Source: Candidatus Hydrogenedentota bacterium (lineage in GTDB: Bacteria; Hydrogenedentota; Hydrogenedentia; Hydrogenedentales; SLHB01). From it: a stretch of DNA of 64,000 nucleotides. The stretch lies in NCBI GenBank assembly GCA_963668025.2, contig CAXXTH010000010.1:1152001-1216000 (forward strand), given 5' to 3'. This document shows positions 8,089-18,615 of this stretch, piece after piece. The translations under genes were made by a program, and so were the position numbers. Below the pieces are notes generated by a model. That model was not told where the DNA came from and searched no databases. It saw only the letters and a list, made by a program, of their open reading frames with translations. Within the stretch, counting starts at the first letter, position 1. Every line of letters begins with the position of its first letter.

Positions 8089-10491
8089 ATGCGCCGCTGG
8101 CTTATTGCCCTGACAATGATCGCGAGTCTCACCGTCATCGTGTTGGTGTGGACTCGGTTATCCGATGTCGGCCCACAATCAAGTCCCGGCGAAGCGGGTG
8201 TCAGCCGAGACTCCTCCCACGAGCCTGAAAATGCCGCCGCTGCTGATGAGACGCGAGAGCCAGTGATAAGCCAGGAGATGACGGGGCCTAGCGTTTCAGG
8301 TGCGGTAAAATACCAGGATACTGGCAAGCCCGTTTCCTCTATCGAGGTCGCGATTTGGAACTCAAATGCAGGCTCCGTAAGCACCCACACCGACGCGGAG
8401 GGCAGTTTCGTCCTCGAAGGACTTGCGCCGAATGTTTCATATGTGCTGGATGCCATCACTGAAGAGCCTGGGCTGATTACCGTTCGACAAGAGTTCCTCA
8501 ATCTGGGATTGGGAGAGTCTCGAACCGGAGTAACTCTCTTGGTGTGTAGAGTCGGCTCTATCTCAGGGAAGGTGGTGCGCAGACAGATCGCGTATCATCC
8601 GGAGCGGGCAAGAAGAGATGACTGCTCCAGCTTTCAAGATGCGCCGCTGGAAGGAGTGAAGGTAGTCCTCAGAATCGAAAAAGATCAGTGGTTTGAAAAG
8701 GAAGCTATCACCGACCCATCGGGGTGTTTCATCTTTGAGGGACTCAGACCAGCCGCATACATTGTCCGAGCGGATCTTCCACATGAACGCGTTGCGGCAG
8801 TGTCCGAGGAGCATCCCGATAGAAGCAAAACGATCTCCTTGAACGCTGGGGAGAACCGGAGAGATATCGAACTCTTTTTCAGAGCAGATTGTGTGTCGAT
8901 TGCCGGGCGCGTGAGTGCGGCCAGTGGCGTTCCCATTCAAGGGGCGAAGGTGAGCGCGACGGTCTCTCATCGAACGCTCGTCCCGTCTGATGATCTCGAT
9001 CCCCTTGACGGGACGAAATCGGAGACTGCTACTGATGAAGACGGCCGTTATCAATTGGATGGCCTTTACCCCGCAGACATGCGTTCAACGATTCACTACC
9101 TGAGTGGCGGCGGCCTGACTATGGACTACGAAGTGCGAGCATCCGCGGATGGATATGCGGCTGCACTCGTGAAGATCCCGGCATTTACTAGGGAGAACGT
9201 AAAAGATGCCATCGCCTTCATGGACTTGGGAGACGAAGAGGGCGAGGTAGTGGAGGTCCGCGAAGCGCCACTGGCTGCAAGTCTTGGGGGTGTACTCAAT
9301 GTAGACGTCATTCTCCAGCCTGAAGCAATGGTTTCAGGGCAACTGGTCGACACACAGAAACAGCCCATAGGCAAGGCGCGTTTACGAATGGTGTCCGCGG
9401 AAACCAGCACAGATGCTCCTCCTCTACTCATTACCCGCCCGCAAGCGCCTGATTGGACGGAGACCGATGAACGTGGGCAGTTTACCTTCCGTAACCTTCC
9501 AACAGGGTCATATCTGTTCGAAGTGTCGCGCGAATTTGAACCCAGTCAGCATGCACTCAATCCTCCCTTGAAGGTAGACAGCGGGGCGTCCTTGAGCAAT
9601 GTCTCCGTAGTAGTGGAGGCGATGGCCGATCTAGGAGCCCTGCAAGGACGCGTGGTGGACTCCATTTCGCGGAAAGCGATCAAATCATTCTCCGTCAAAG
9701 TCCTGCCGTTGGCTGGCGCGGACAATCGCGGTCCATCCAAGGGTGATGTCACGCAGGACGGCCAAGAAGAGGGCTCTTTTCTAGTAAGCGAAGTATCGCC
9801 GGGCGTACTAACACTTGAAATATCTGCTTCCGAATACGGGAGCGAGGTATTCGATGTAGAAATCCCTCAAGGAAAAGCTATTGCACATGACTTTCTGCTT
9901 AAGCCTGAGGGCATTATGTCTGGCCGGATCTACCAAAACGGTGTGGGAGCACCGGTCTACTACGTCTTGTTATCCTCAATAAATGACGGAGTGGGTGGGA
10001 CAGAAGAGGCAAGAACGGACGAGGACGGCAACTATATCTTCCGGCAGGTTCCATCCGGCAAATACGTGTTGCGGGTTAGTAGCATGGAGTCGGTTTCAGA
10101 CTTTGGGACCACCCTCCAAGTAAACCAGCGGACAGAAGTGGAGGTCCGTGCCGGGATGCAGACAAGCCGTGATTTCTATTTTGAAGACCGCGCTTCTGTT
10201 TCTGGGCGCTTTTCATGTTCCGAGCGTGGATTGAGGGGCCAGGTCGTTGTTCTCGACGGCGAGTTAGCCGATTGGAATGGTGAAGCAAGCAAGGACGAGC
10301 GCGTCCGTGCGTTGACGTGGGACACAGCAAAGGCCGGTGCTTACAAAATCCTTGGGCTTGAGCCGGGCACATATACCGTTATCGGCATATGCTACAAGGA
10401 AGAGAATTCAGGACGCCGCATAGTCGACAAACAACTGAGCGTCGTGTCATTGGCTGAAGGGGAAGAAGAAAAGATCGACTATGACTTCTGA
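8089..10491 (+). CDS. Membrane-anchored protein with repeated carboxypeptidase-regulatory-like (transthyretin-like beta-sandwich) domains
   Basis: N-terminal TM, then about 6 repeats of G.V....G.P...A.V...TD..G.F....L..G.Y. Confidence 0.8.
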   Translation: MRRWLIALTMIASLTVIVLVWTRLSDVGPQSSPGEAGVSRDSSHEPENAAAADETREPVISQEMTGPSVSGAVKYQDTGKPVSSIEVAIWNSNAGSVSTHTDAEGSFVLEGLAPNVSYVLDAITEEPGLITVRQEFLNLGLGESRTGVTLLVCRVGSISGKVVRRQIAYHPERARRDDCSSFQDAPLEGVKVVLRIEKDQWFEKEAITDPSGCFIFEGLRPAAYIVRADLPHERVAAVSEEHPDRSKTISLNAGENRRDIELFFRADCVSIAGRVSAASGVPIQGAKVSATVSHRTLVPSDDLDPLDGTKSETATDEDGRYQLDGLYPADMRSTIHYLSGGGLTMDYEVRASADGYAAALVKIPAFTRENVKDAIAFMDLGDEEGEVVEVREAPLAASLGGVLNVDVILQPEAMVSGQLVDTQKQPIGKARLRMVSAETSTDAPPLLITRPQAPDWTETDERGQFTFRNLPTGSYLFEVSREFEPSQHALNPPLKVDSGASLSNVSVVVEAMADLGALQGRVVDSISRKAIKSFSVKVLPLAGADNRGPSKGDVTQDGQEEGSFLVSEVSPGVLTLEISASEYGSEVFDVEIPQGKAIAHDFLLKPEGIMSGRIYQNGVGAPVYYVLLSSINDGVGGTEEARTDEDGNYIFRQVPSGKYVLRVSSMESVSDFGTTLQVNQRTEVEVRAGMQTSRDFYFEDRASVSGRFSCSERGLRGQVVVLDGELADWNGEASKDERVRALTWDTAKAGAYKILGLEPGTYTVIGICYKEENSGRRIVDKQLSVVSLAEGEEEKIDYDF

Positions 10492-10795
10492 TATGTCCGT
10501 TTGGCATGCCGTTTGGGCCAGTGAGGAAAGAGAAACGCAAACTATTTTTGCGAAGGGTCATGAACGCGTCCGATATTGTGAATCAGATTGCTCTCCTGAT
10601 CTCGGATGAAAACAAGAAAGGATGGTCCCCTGAAAAACTGACGTGGGGTTGCCCACAACCCCGATCTCTGAAATAATCGTCGCCGTTTTCACAAATGATA
10701 AAGCTAGGCTTATCAAGTTGTTACGCAAATCGCTTTAAAGCTTTTTGTTGTTTTTTACAAAAGCTGGAGTTTGAGGTGCTAATGAGAGGGAAAGT

Positions 10796-11398
10796 GTGAT
10801 GGAGATTAATCGAGCGCTGGAGCAAATCGAGGAGATTCATGGCCATCTAGCGAAAGCCGATATGTATCGGGGGTACAAAGCGCTGCCCGTGGCCATGTCT
10901 GGCGTAGTGGCATTGGCGGCGGCTGCCATTCAATCCCATCTGAATCCAGAAAATCCGGAGTGGGCCCACTGGATATATTGGATGGCCGTGGCGCTGCTGG
11001 CTGCTGCAGTAGCGGGCGGCGGCATTATTTATAGTTACGTGATGCAAGATAGCCCCCAAGCGCGGCGGCACACCCGCATCGTCGTGGGGCAGTTGCTGCC
11101 TCCTTTAGGCGTAGGCGCGATTGTGTACCTATTCGGCCAAAAGATGCTGCCGTTTTTGCCTGGGATTTGCGCTATCTTCTTTAGTCTCGGTATGTTCGCT
11201 TCCCGGCCCTATCTGCCTAAAATGATCGGCTGGGTGGCCTTGTATTACCTTTGCGCGGGAATGGCGGAGCTTTATATAACCGCGCCAAGTGATGTCGCCT
11301 TTTCGCCTTGGGCATTTGGCCTTATTTTTGGGATAGGACAGCTTTTCGCTGGCTTGATTTTGTATTGGAATCTGGAGCGCAATCATGGAAAAGGATAA
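10796..11398 (+). CDS. Hypothetical integral membrane protein (about 6 TM)
   Basis: AL..I..I N-terminus, hydrophobic helices and a FG.G motif near the end; overlaps the next gene. Confidence 0.8.
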   Translation: MMEINRALEQIEEIHGHLAKADMYRGYKALPVAMSGVVALAAAAIQSHLNPENPEWAHWIYWMAVALLAAAVAGGGIIYSYVMQDSPQARRHTRIVVGQLLPPLGVGAIVYLFGQKMLPFLPGICAIFFSLGMFASRPYLPKMIGWVALYYLCAGMAELYITAPSDVAFSPWAFGLIFGIGQLFAGLILYWNLERNHGKG

Positions 11399-11789
11399 CC
11401 AAACACGTCCAATGTCGCCAGGCCAATTTGCTTATGAAGGCCTGGATAGGGTCTTGCACGAAAAGGCCCGGCTCGGGATATTGGCGTCGCTGGCCTCGCG
11501 GCCAGAAGGCTTGCTGTTCAACGACCTGAAGGAGCTTTGTTCACTCACGGATGGCAATCTGAGTCGCCATCTGCAAATCCTTCAAGAGGCTGGACTGGTC
11601 GAGGTGTGGAAGGGATTCCACAAGAGACGCCCCCAAACGCTATGCCGGTTGTCGTCTGAAGGGCGCGAACGCTTTCTGGCATATGTGGCGCAACTTGAAC
11701 AAGTGATCCGCGACGCGGCGGTGCTCCGGGCGCAGTCGAACGAGCAGGCTGCGCCAGACATGCTGATGGAAAACTGGACTTCCGCATAA
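11385..11789 (+). CDS. Winged-helix transcriptional regulator (HTH_34, ArsR/MarR-like)
   Basis: LDRVLHEKARLGIL..L, F..LK..C.LTDGNLSRHL..L.EAG.V, GR.RF..Y...LE. Confidence 0.9.
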   Translation: MEKDNQTRPMSPGQFAYEGLDRVLHEKARLGILASLASRPEGLLFNDLKELCSLTDGNLSRHLQILQEAGLVEVWKGFHKRRPQTLCRLSSEGRERFLAYVAQLEQVIRDAAVLRAQSNEQAAPDMLMENWTSA

Positions 11790-11920
11790 CGAAAGTGATT
11801 CTGGCTACCAGAATGCTTTGTTGTGCAAAGATTTAAGATGGAGCATTTCTCAAGCCTTGGGAAGCGCTCTCGCAAAACAAGAACTGAATCTATCTATTTT
11901 TTCTTGGAAAGGGAGGCGGC

Positions 11921-12886
11921 ATGAACGTTTTGTGCGCCAATGTAATGGGTATGTGCGGCGGTGTTCGCCGGGCGCTGGAAATGGCGCTTGCCGTGGAGCA
12001 GCCTGCCGAAACGGTTATCTTGGGCGAGCTCGTGCATAACGAGCAAGTGTGCGAGATGCTAGGACAAAGGGGATTTCGGCATGTGGTTGTAGATAACGGC
12101 AGTCCGATTCCAGAAGCAGCCCAGGCGCTTATCCCCTCGCATGGTGTCAGCCGCATCATCACACGAAAGCTGGAAGAGGCGGGCAAGCAACTCATTGACG
12201 CCACGTGTCCCTTTGTGCGGGGGATTCACGAGACCGTGCAATCCATGCAGCGGGAAGGGCGGTTTGTCGTGGTGATTGGCAAGCGGGGGCATGCGGAGGT
12301 GGAAGGGGTGATTGGCGGTTGCACGCACTGCGCTGTCGCCAGTTGCCCGGAAGATGTGGTGTCCTATCCCTCGGAACAGCTTGGCATTGTATGCCAAAGC
12401 ACCGTATCGCCCGGCATGGTCGAATGCATGATGAACGCTATTTGCGCATGCAATCCTGGAAAATCCCTATGCTTTGCCGCCACCATTTGCCCCGCTACGC
12501 GCGAACGGCAGGCGGCTGTGGAAGCCTTGCTCGGCCAAGTGGAAGCCGTGGTGGTGGTAGGAGGTAAAACGTCGAATAATACCGTCGAGCTGGCTGCGTT
12601 GGTGCGCGCCCATGGCGTTTCCTGTTTCCATATCCAATCGGCGGCGGAATTGCGCGATGACTGGTTCCAGGGAATGAAAACCATTGGGCTTACGGCGGGG
12701 GCCTCCACTCCGGAACCGGCTATTCGGGAGGTGCAAGACTGGCTGGAGCAATGCCCAGGCTTGCCATCCGCCGCCATTGCAGAGAATAGAAGCGAAGCCT
12801 TGCCAAGTGTTTTGAAAACCTGGCTGCCCGCTTCGTATGCGGTTTCGTCTGAATCGCATGGATGCGCCATGAGTAAAGTGAGGTGA
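11921..12886 (+). CDS. ispH: 4-hydroxy-3-methylbut-2-enyl diphosphate reductase
   Basis: Three 4Fe-4S cysteines (GMCGGV, DATCPFV, TICPAT), VHN, SHG, GHAEV, SNNT, GLTAGASTP. Confidence 0.93.
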   Translation: MNVLCANVMGMCGGVRRALEMALAVEQPAETVILGELVHNEQVCEMLGQRGFRHVVVDNGSPIPEAAQALIPSHGVSRIITRKLEEAGKQLIDATCPFVRGIHETVQSMQREGRFVVVIGKRGHAEVEGVIGGCTHCAVASCPEDVVSYPSEQLGIVCQSTVSPGMVECMMNAICACNPGKSLCFAATICPATRERQAAVEALLGQVEAVVVVGGKTSNNTVELAALVRAHGVSCFHIQSAAELRDDWFQGMKTIGLTAGASTPEPAIREVQDWLEQCPGLPSAAIAENRSEALPSVLKTWLPASYAVSSESHGCAMSKVR

Positions 12887-13320
12887 TACATATGAATGCA
12901 AGTAAAAAGATGCATACAATGAATGCCTGCGCTGCAATGTCGGTAATATGCGGGGTGATTGCATGTATGGTTTGCACTGGAATGGGGTGCGGTTCCAATG
13001 CGCCAGCAACCATGATGATCAAAGGTGTCGTACGTGACGCTGTAACGGGCCAGCCAATAGCCGAAGCGGTGGTGTTAGATGATGGATATGGGCCTGTTCA
13101 AGACCGTAGAAGCGGAACAACAGACGCATCAGGCCAGTATCAATATTATACATGGCCTGAGGAGCATTGCTTACTGGCGCAAGCGCCTGGTTACGTTCCA
13201 AAACGCTCCACAGTAACCACATACCTTTTCAAAAGTAATGCGGAAAAGAGGGTGGATTTTTTATTGGAGCCTGAGCAATCCGTTTCAGAAGAAGCAAAAG
13301 AAACGACTATACCCGAATGA
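12883..13320 (+). CDS. Probable lipoprotein with one carboxypeptidase-regulatory-like domain
   Basis: Hydrophobic leader plus GMGC; GVVRDA.TG.PI..A.V, TTD.SG.Y, A.APGY. Confidence 0.7.
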   Translation: MIHMNASKKMHTMNACAAMSVICGVIACMVCTGMGCGSNAPATMMIKGVVRDAVTGQPIAEAVVLDDGYGPVQDRRSGTTDASGQYQYYTWPEEHCLLAQAPGYVPKRSTVTTYLFKSNAEKRVDFLLEPEQSVSEEAKETTIPE

Positions 13321-13494
13321 ATATTGAATGCATAAATAGCTTTACCGTATTGAGTTATGCATGAACAACAGTGTTATTCTGGCGGGCCGGAACAGCGTTC
13401 TTTTGTCCTCTTGTGTTCACCATGCCTTTTGTGGCTAAATCCTCTCCGATTTGCGCGAGCCGGGATATCCCGGGCTAAGAGGATATGAAGGAGA

Positions 13495-14418
13495 ATGAGA
13501 ATGTCTGAACCGATCCCGGTCATCCTGGACACCGATCTGGGCGATGATATAGATGATACTTGGGCGCTGGGAATGCTGTTAGGGCTTCCGGAAGTGCGCC
13601 TCGATATGGTCGTGGCCGCGGCGGATGATACGCCGACGAAAGCGCGCCTGATCGCGCGCATCCTCGATGCCATGGGCCGCCCGGATATCCCGGTCGCCAT
13701 TGGCCCGAAAACGAGTGATGGGCTGCTGCATCAGCGGGAGTGGATCGGCGATTACCAGCTTTCTTCCTATCCCGGCTCCGTGTATGAAGATGGCATTGCC
13801 GCCGTGGTCGAGCGCATTCATCAGCTTCCCGCGCCCGTGACCGTTTGCGCAATTGGCCCCCTGACCAATTTGCGCGCCATGCTCGAATTAGACCCCAGCA
13901 TTGCGGACAAGGTGCGTGTCGTGAGCATGGCTGGAAGCATTTATACCGAGCACCGGGGCAAACCGGGGCGTATCGCGGAATGGAATGTGCAGAAAGATAT
14001 TCCTGCGGCGCAGGCGGTATTTAATGCGCCTTGGCCCATTACGCTGGCTCCTTTGGATGGCTGCGGCGACATTTGGCTGCGTGGGGAGCGTTTCGAGCGG
14101 GTGGCGTCGTCGTCTCATCCGCGCGCCCGAACGGTCATGGATAATTACAACGCATGGGCGTTTCGGGAGCAATACGCCAGTGATTCCAGCAGTGTGCTGT
14201 TTGATACTGCGGCGGTATGGCTCTGCTTCGCCCAATTACCCGGCGAAGCTTCCGCGCCAGAGCGTGATTGTTTCGATATGCAATCCGTGACATTACATGT
14301 GAATGATTTGGGGGAGACGATACCGTGCGCGGAAGGCCGACCTGCTTGGTGCGCCATGGGGTATAGCGGCCGTGATGCTTTCGAGGAAGCACTTGTCCGT
14401 TCACTGACGGAAGACTGA
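13495..14418 (+). CDS. Nucleoside hydrolase (IU-NH family)
   Basis: ILDTDLGDDIDD, IGPLTNL, MAGS, AEWN..D..AA, ..FD. Confidence 0.9.
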   Translation: MRMSEPIPVILDTDLGDDIDDTWALGMLLGLPEVRLDMVVAAADDTPTKARLIARILDAMGRPDIPVAIGPKTSDGLLHQREWIGDYQLSSYPGSVYEDGIAAVVERIHQLPAPVTVCAIGPLTNLRAMLELDPSIADKVRVVSMAGSIYTEHRGKPGRIAEWNVQKDIPAAQAVFNAPWPITLAPLDGCGDIWLRGERFERVASSSHPRARTVMDNYNAWAFREQYASDSSSVLFDTAAVWLCFAQLPGEASAPERDCFDMQSVTLHVNDLGETIPCAEGRPAWCAMGYSGRDAFEEALVRSLTED

Positions 14419-14446
14419 GTGCAGACATTAGAATTGGGCAGATCCC

Positions 14447-14494
14447 GTAGCATGGCCGTCCCGGCCATGCGCATGGGCGGGACGCCTATGCTAC
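14447..14494. repeat. Inverted doublet of GTAG-type REP-like elements between convergent genes
   Basis: GTAGCATGGCCGTCCCGGCCATGC followed by its imperfect reverse complement GCATGGGCGGGACGCCTATGCTAC. Confidence 0.8.
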
Positions 14495-14518
14495 TTTGGA
14501 CCGCTATGGACCATTTCG

Positions 14519-15776
14519 CTACCCGCTCAGGCTGTGTACGGTTCCGCAGCGCGGACAACGGACGGAGGCCTGCTTGTACTCCGGCGGCACTTTGATGCGC
14601 AAACCACAATCACACACGATGAACTGGTATCCATGGGCTTTGCGGACGGTGTCGTAGGCCTGGCGCATCTGGTTGCGGGGCGTGGCCATGGCAATCGGCA
14701 GGGGGGTGGCGCCGGTTTGCGCGCCCACGAGGCCGAGGGCCGGTTCGGCGGCGGAAGGCCCCCCGGGCGGATTCGGCTTGGGCGGCGAGGGCCGACGCAG
14801 GCATGCGCCCGGCACGGTCGCCGGAGACTTGTTCGAGTGATTGCTGGTAGGCTTTGTAGGAAACCTCACCTCCCGCCATGCCGCGCAGGATGCGCACGCG
14901 CTCTTCGATAGGCGGATGAGTGGTGAACAGCCCCACGGCGGAACGGCGCAAAGGATTCTCGATGTAGAGCGGGGCTGTGGCGCGGTTGGCCTGCTGCAAC
15001 TGAGGGCTCGGGTCCTGGGAGATGGCCTCGAGGGCCGATGCAAGGCCCTCGGGATAGCGCGTGAGCATGGCCCCGCTGGCGTCGGCCAAGTACTCCCGGC
15101 GGCGCGATGCGGCAAAATAGATAAGCTGGCCGATGATGGGCGCGAGTATGGCGAGCACGAGGGCAATCACCATCATGAGGGCTTGGGCTTGCCCGTTGCT
15201 GTCCGACGAAGAACGGGAACGGCGCATGCCACCGCTATAAAACATCCCACGCAGATACACCTCGGCGATGATAGTGATGGCCCCGAGCATGACGCCCACT
15301 AACGTCATGAACAGGATATCGCGGTTGGCCACATGGGACATCTCGTGGGCGATGACCCCTTGAAGCTGGTCGCGGTTGAGCCGTCCCAGGAGCCCCGCCG
15401 TTACGGCTACGGCGGAGTGCTCAGGATCGCGGCCCGTGGCGAAGGCGTTCAAGGCGGGCGTGTCGATGATGTATATATCCGGCACTTGCTTGAAGCCCGC
15501 TGCGATGGACATTTCCTCGACGACGTTATATAGGCGGGGGTCATCTTCTTTTTCGACGCGGCGCGCGCCGCTGCTGGCCAGGAGAATCGCGCTGCCCTGG
15601 TAATAGCTCACCAGGCCCATGACAGCCCAAATGCCCACCGCCACGGCGGTTCCGAACGCGCCGCCTCCGCGCGCGAACGCCTCGCCGATGAAATAGCCCA
15701 AGGCCACTAGAATGGCGGCCATGCAGAACACGAGGAAAACCGACCGGCGCTTATTGGCTTGGATTTGCTCCCACAT
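14519..15776 (-). CDS. htpX: M48 zinc metalloprotease HtpX with C-terminal zinc ribbon; +1 frameshift at C6 run 14759-14764
   Basis: NAFATG, HEMSH, SRRREYLAD, THPP..ER. The second frame supplies CDCG...CPRCG. ATG start 15776. Confidence 0.88.
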
Positions 15777-15917
15777 GTGTATACTCTTACCCCTATGCCA
15801 ACGCTGCGATGTGTGGTGCGTTTTGCTCCATGCCGATAGTGTGCGTGCGTTATAGGGGAAAAAACAAGTGGGGCTCGCCAGCCTGATGCTGATGGCGTCA
15901 GGATTAGCCGGGGAAGC

Positions 15918-16823
15918 ATGAATATGGAAATCAAAGACTCCTTTTTCCATCGTTTTAAGCAGCCTTTGGAAGAGATGCGGCTCGAACCGGTTTTCTGCAA
16001 TTTATGCGGCTCGGAGCACTACAAGCTGCTCGGGAAAGAGTATGTCTTCGAGATTCGCGAGTGCGGTTCGTGCGGCCTGGTTTACGTGTCGCCCCAGCCG
16101 TGCTTGGAAGATCTCCCCAAGTTTTATGAAGATATGTTCGCTTCCGACACCGAGCGGTCGTACGAAGCGTATGACGCCAGGCGCGCGGTCATGAACCATC
16201 TCCGGCGTATTGTGGTCCGAAGAGGTCTACGCCAGCCGCGCCTGCTCGAAGCTGGGTGCGGTTATGGCCTGTTCTTGCAACATGTGAACAGTGTAGCGTC
16301 TAGCCTAACGGGCACGGAGGTGAGCGCCCCCACCGCGGAAAGCGCCAGGCAACGTAATCCGCAAGCCCATATTGTGACAGGCACTCTCGAGGCCATCGAT
16401 TTCCCGACAGCAAGCTTTGACTGTATCGTGCTGATCGCCGTATTTGAGCACTTAAAAGATCCCAAATCGATTCTCGAAAAATTGCATGGCTGGCTGGCCC
16501 CCGGCGGGCTCATCATCCTGCAAGTGCCATATGTCCAGACGTTCATCCGGTTGAAGCGCTGGATTCCATCTTTGCCCATCAGCTTTGAAGCGCCCCGGCA
16601 TCTGTTTGATTACTCGCCCAAGACGCTACCGCGATACTTGGAGGAATGCGGATTTCAATCGTGCCAAGTGGAAATATCCAGGCCGTATTACAGCGATTTC
16701 AGCCTTCATTCCTTCCTGATTTGGGCCGTGAAAAGCCCGGGATTACTATTGCATTGGCTTACGTGCGGGCGCTATGTGTTTCCATTTGCCTGCGGCATCG
16801 TGGCGCATGCCTTGAAAAAGTAA
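15918..16823 (+). CDS. Class I SAM-dependent methyltransferase with N-terminal zinc knuckle
   Basis: CNLCGS...C.SCGL, LLEAGCGYG, FEHL.DP, L.PGG, PRHL..Y. Confidence 0.9.
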   Translation: MNMEIKDSFFHRFKQPLEEMRLEPVFCNLCGSEHYKLLGKEYVFEIRECGSCGLVYVSPQPCLEDLPKFYEDMFASDTERSYEAYDARRAVMNHLRRIVVRRGLRQPRLLEAGCGYGLFLQHVNSVASSLTGTEVSAPTAESARQRNPQAHIVTGTLEAIDFPTASFDCIVLIAVFEHLKDPKSILEKLHGWLAPGGLIILQVPYVQTFIRLKRWIPSLPISFEAPRHLFDYSPKTLPRYLEECGFQSCQVEISRPYYSDFSLHSFLIWAVKSPGLLLHWLTCGRYVFPFACGIVAHALKK

Positions 16824-16902
16824 GGCGAATCTGGGAATTCGGCGCTTGTCATATTATGAAAAAAAGAAATACCAAACAGTAGTTTCTATAATACATCATT
16901 AT

Positions 16903-16940
16903 ATTGGTCCAATCTGTCCCATCTGTCCAATTGGTCCCAT
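16903..16940. repeat. 9-bp tandem repeat, 4 copies (AT[T/C][G/T]GTCC[A/C])
   Basis: ATTGGTCCA ATCTGTCCC ATCTGTCCA ATTGGTCCC in an AT-rich intergenic region. Confidence 0.7.
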
Positions 16941-17229
16941 TATTTCCTCATGCATTCTCTTGATATCATTTATAACATTTTCCGCATTGTGCGCAGGGGC
17001 GTTTTTTTTTATTCAGAGATGGGCACTTTTTTGAAATAGTTGTGTTTAAAAGGGGCAAGATTTTTCCGTGCAATACTGAATAAGAAAGCGGCGGATTCGC
17101 CGAATAGTATGGTTATAGGTTTTCCCAGCCTTGATTTAACCAGCGTATTCAGCAAAACTGAACCACCGGATTTGGGACGGATTCGGCTGCTACTCGCGCT
17201 TGCGGTGTGCTCAAACGAAAGGGATTGCC

Positions 17230-18615
17230 ATGAAAATGGCGAATGCTCAAGTGGGCAATTGGGGGAGTTCTAGTTATTGGAGCGCTTGCAGGGGGCGTAT
17301 ATTGGTGGCGAATAAGCCATGCAACTATACCAGATACGGCCCAGGCGGAGCAGATGGTGGAACAAATCGAGCGTGGATCCATCCGCCAATCGGTGCAATG
17401 CACGGGACGGGTGGTTTCTAACCTGGATGTCGAGATCAAGTGCCGTGCAAGCGGCCAAGTCATAAAGATTCCGTTTGATATTAGCGATCATGTAAAGAAG
17501 GATGATCTGCTTCTAGAGCTGGATCCGGTAGATCAGGAGCGGCAGGTTCAACAAGCGGAGGCTTCACTTGCGGCCTCTAAAGCCCGTTTGGCCCAAGCCC
17601 AAGTGGCGCTTCTCACGGCCGAAAAGAATATCGTCGTGGGATGGCCAAAAGGCCAATGCCGCGCTTCAGTCAGCCAAAGCCCGTGCGGCGGACGCCTCCG
17701 CCAAGGCGAAACGCGAAGAGGAACTGCTGGAGAAAAAATATACAAGCCCTGAAAATGTGGAAACAGCCCGAACCACCGCTGTCCAGGCAGAGCAAGATGT
17801 GTTGACTGCCCAGGCCGCCATCGAGGGCTTGAAAACGCAGAAGATTGACCTCGAGACCAAGCTGCAACAAATCTGCCTCAGTAAAGCGGATGTGGACTCG
17901 GACCAAATTGCCCTAGATCTCGCTAAGCGGCAGCTCGGCTATACGAAAGTCTTCGCGCCCATTGATGGGGTGATTTCGGATAGGAAAATCCAGATCGGAC
18001 AGATCATCTCGTCGGGCATCAGCAATGTGGGCGGCGGCACGACCGCGCTCATGCTCTCGGATTTATCGCGCATATACATATTGGCCTCGGTGGACGAAAG
18101 CGATATTGGCGAAGTGCAGCTTGGCCAAACGGCGGATATCACGGCGGATGCGTATCCGCGCAAGCAGTTTACCGGGAAAGTGGACCGCATCGCCGCGAAG
18201 GGGGTCAATACGCAGAATGTCGTGACTTTTGAAGTGCGTGTCGAGGTGTTGAGTGAAGATAAATTGATGCTCAAACCGGAGATGACGGCGAATGTTTCCA
18301 TTCTAGTGGCGGAAGCTACGGATACGTTGCTGGCGCCCGCGGGCGCAATATTCCGCGACAAAGGGGACATGTTCGTTTCGCTCCAGAAGCCCGACGGGAC
18401 GATAGAAGAAAAACATCCTGTCCAGGTGGGTATCACGGATTTAATGCAAACGCAAATCCTGAGCGGCCTCCAGGAAGGCGATAAGGTTGTGATTCAGAGC
18501 ACGGAAGCGGACAGCCGCTGGCGTGCGGGAGGGGGCGAATGCGGCCCAGCAAAATACGCGGCAGCGGATGATGATGATGCGCACCATGGGCGGCGGCGGA
18601 GGTTTCCGGCGTTGA
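17230..18615 (+). CDS. MacA-like periplasmic adaptor (efflux MFP), interrupted by apparent +1 frameshifts (17233-36, 17638-40, 18531-35)
   Basis: TG.V.....VEIK...SG.V, coiled coil, APIDG.I, VDESDIG.V..GQ, LKPEMTANV. The corrected C-terminus is ...[16 protein letters not shown] (TGA 18613-15). Confidence 0.82.

Noticed and set aside
10560-10677. 38-aa small ORF in the 10491-10796 gap
   Set aside because: No recognisable motif and only weak RBS support; it cannot be distinguished from chance.
16903-16940. CRISPR array
   Set aside because: Units are 9 bp with no spacers, and there are no cas genes in the window.
18548-18612. DDDDAHHGRRRR low-complexity linker / ATG triplet repeat
   Set aside because: This is the out-of-frame reading of the true MMMM...GGGGG adaptor tail, not a separate element.
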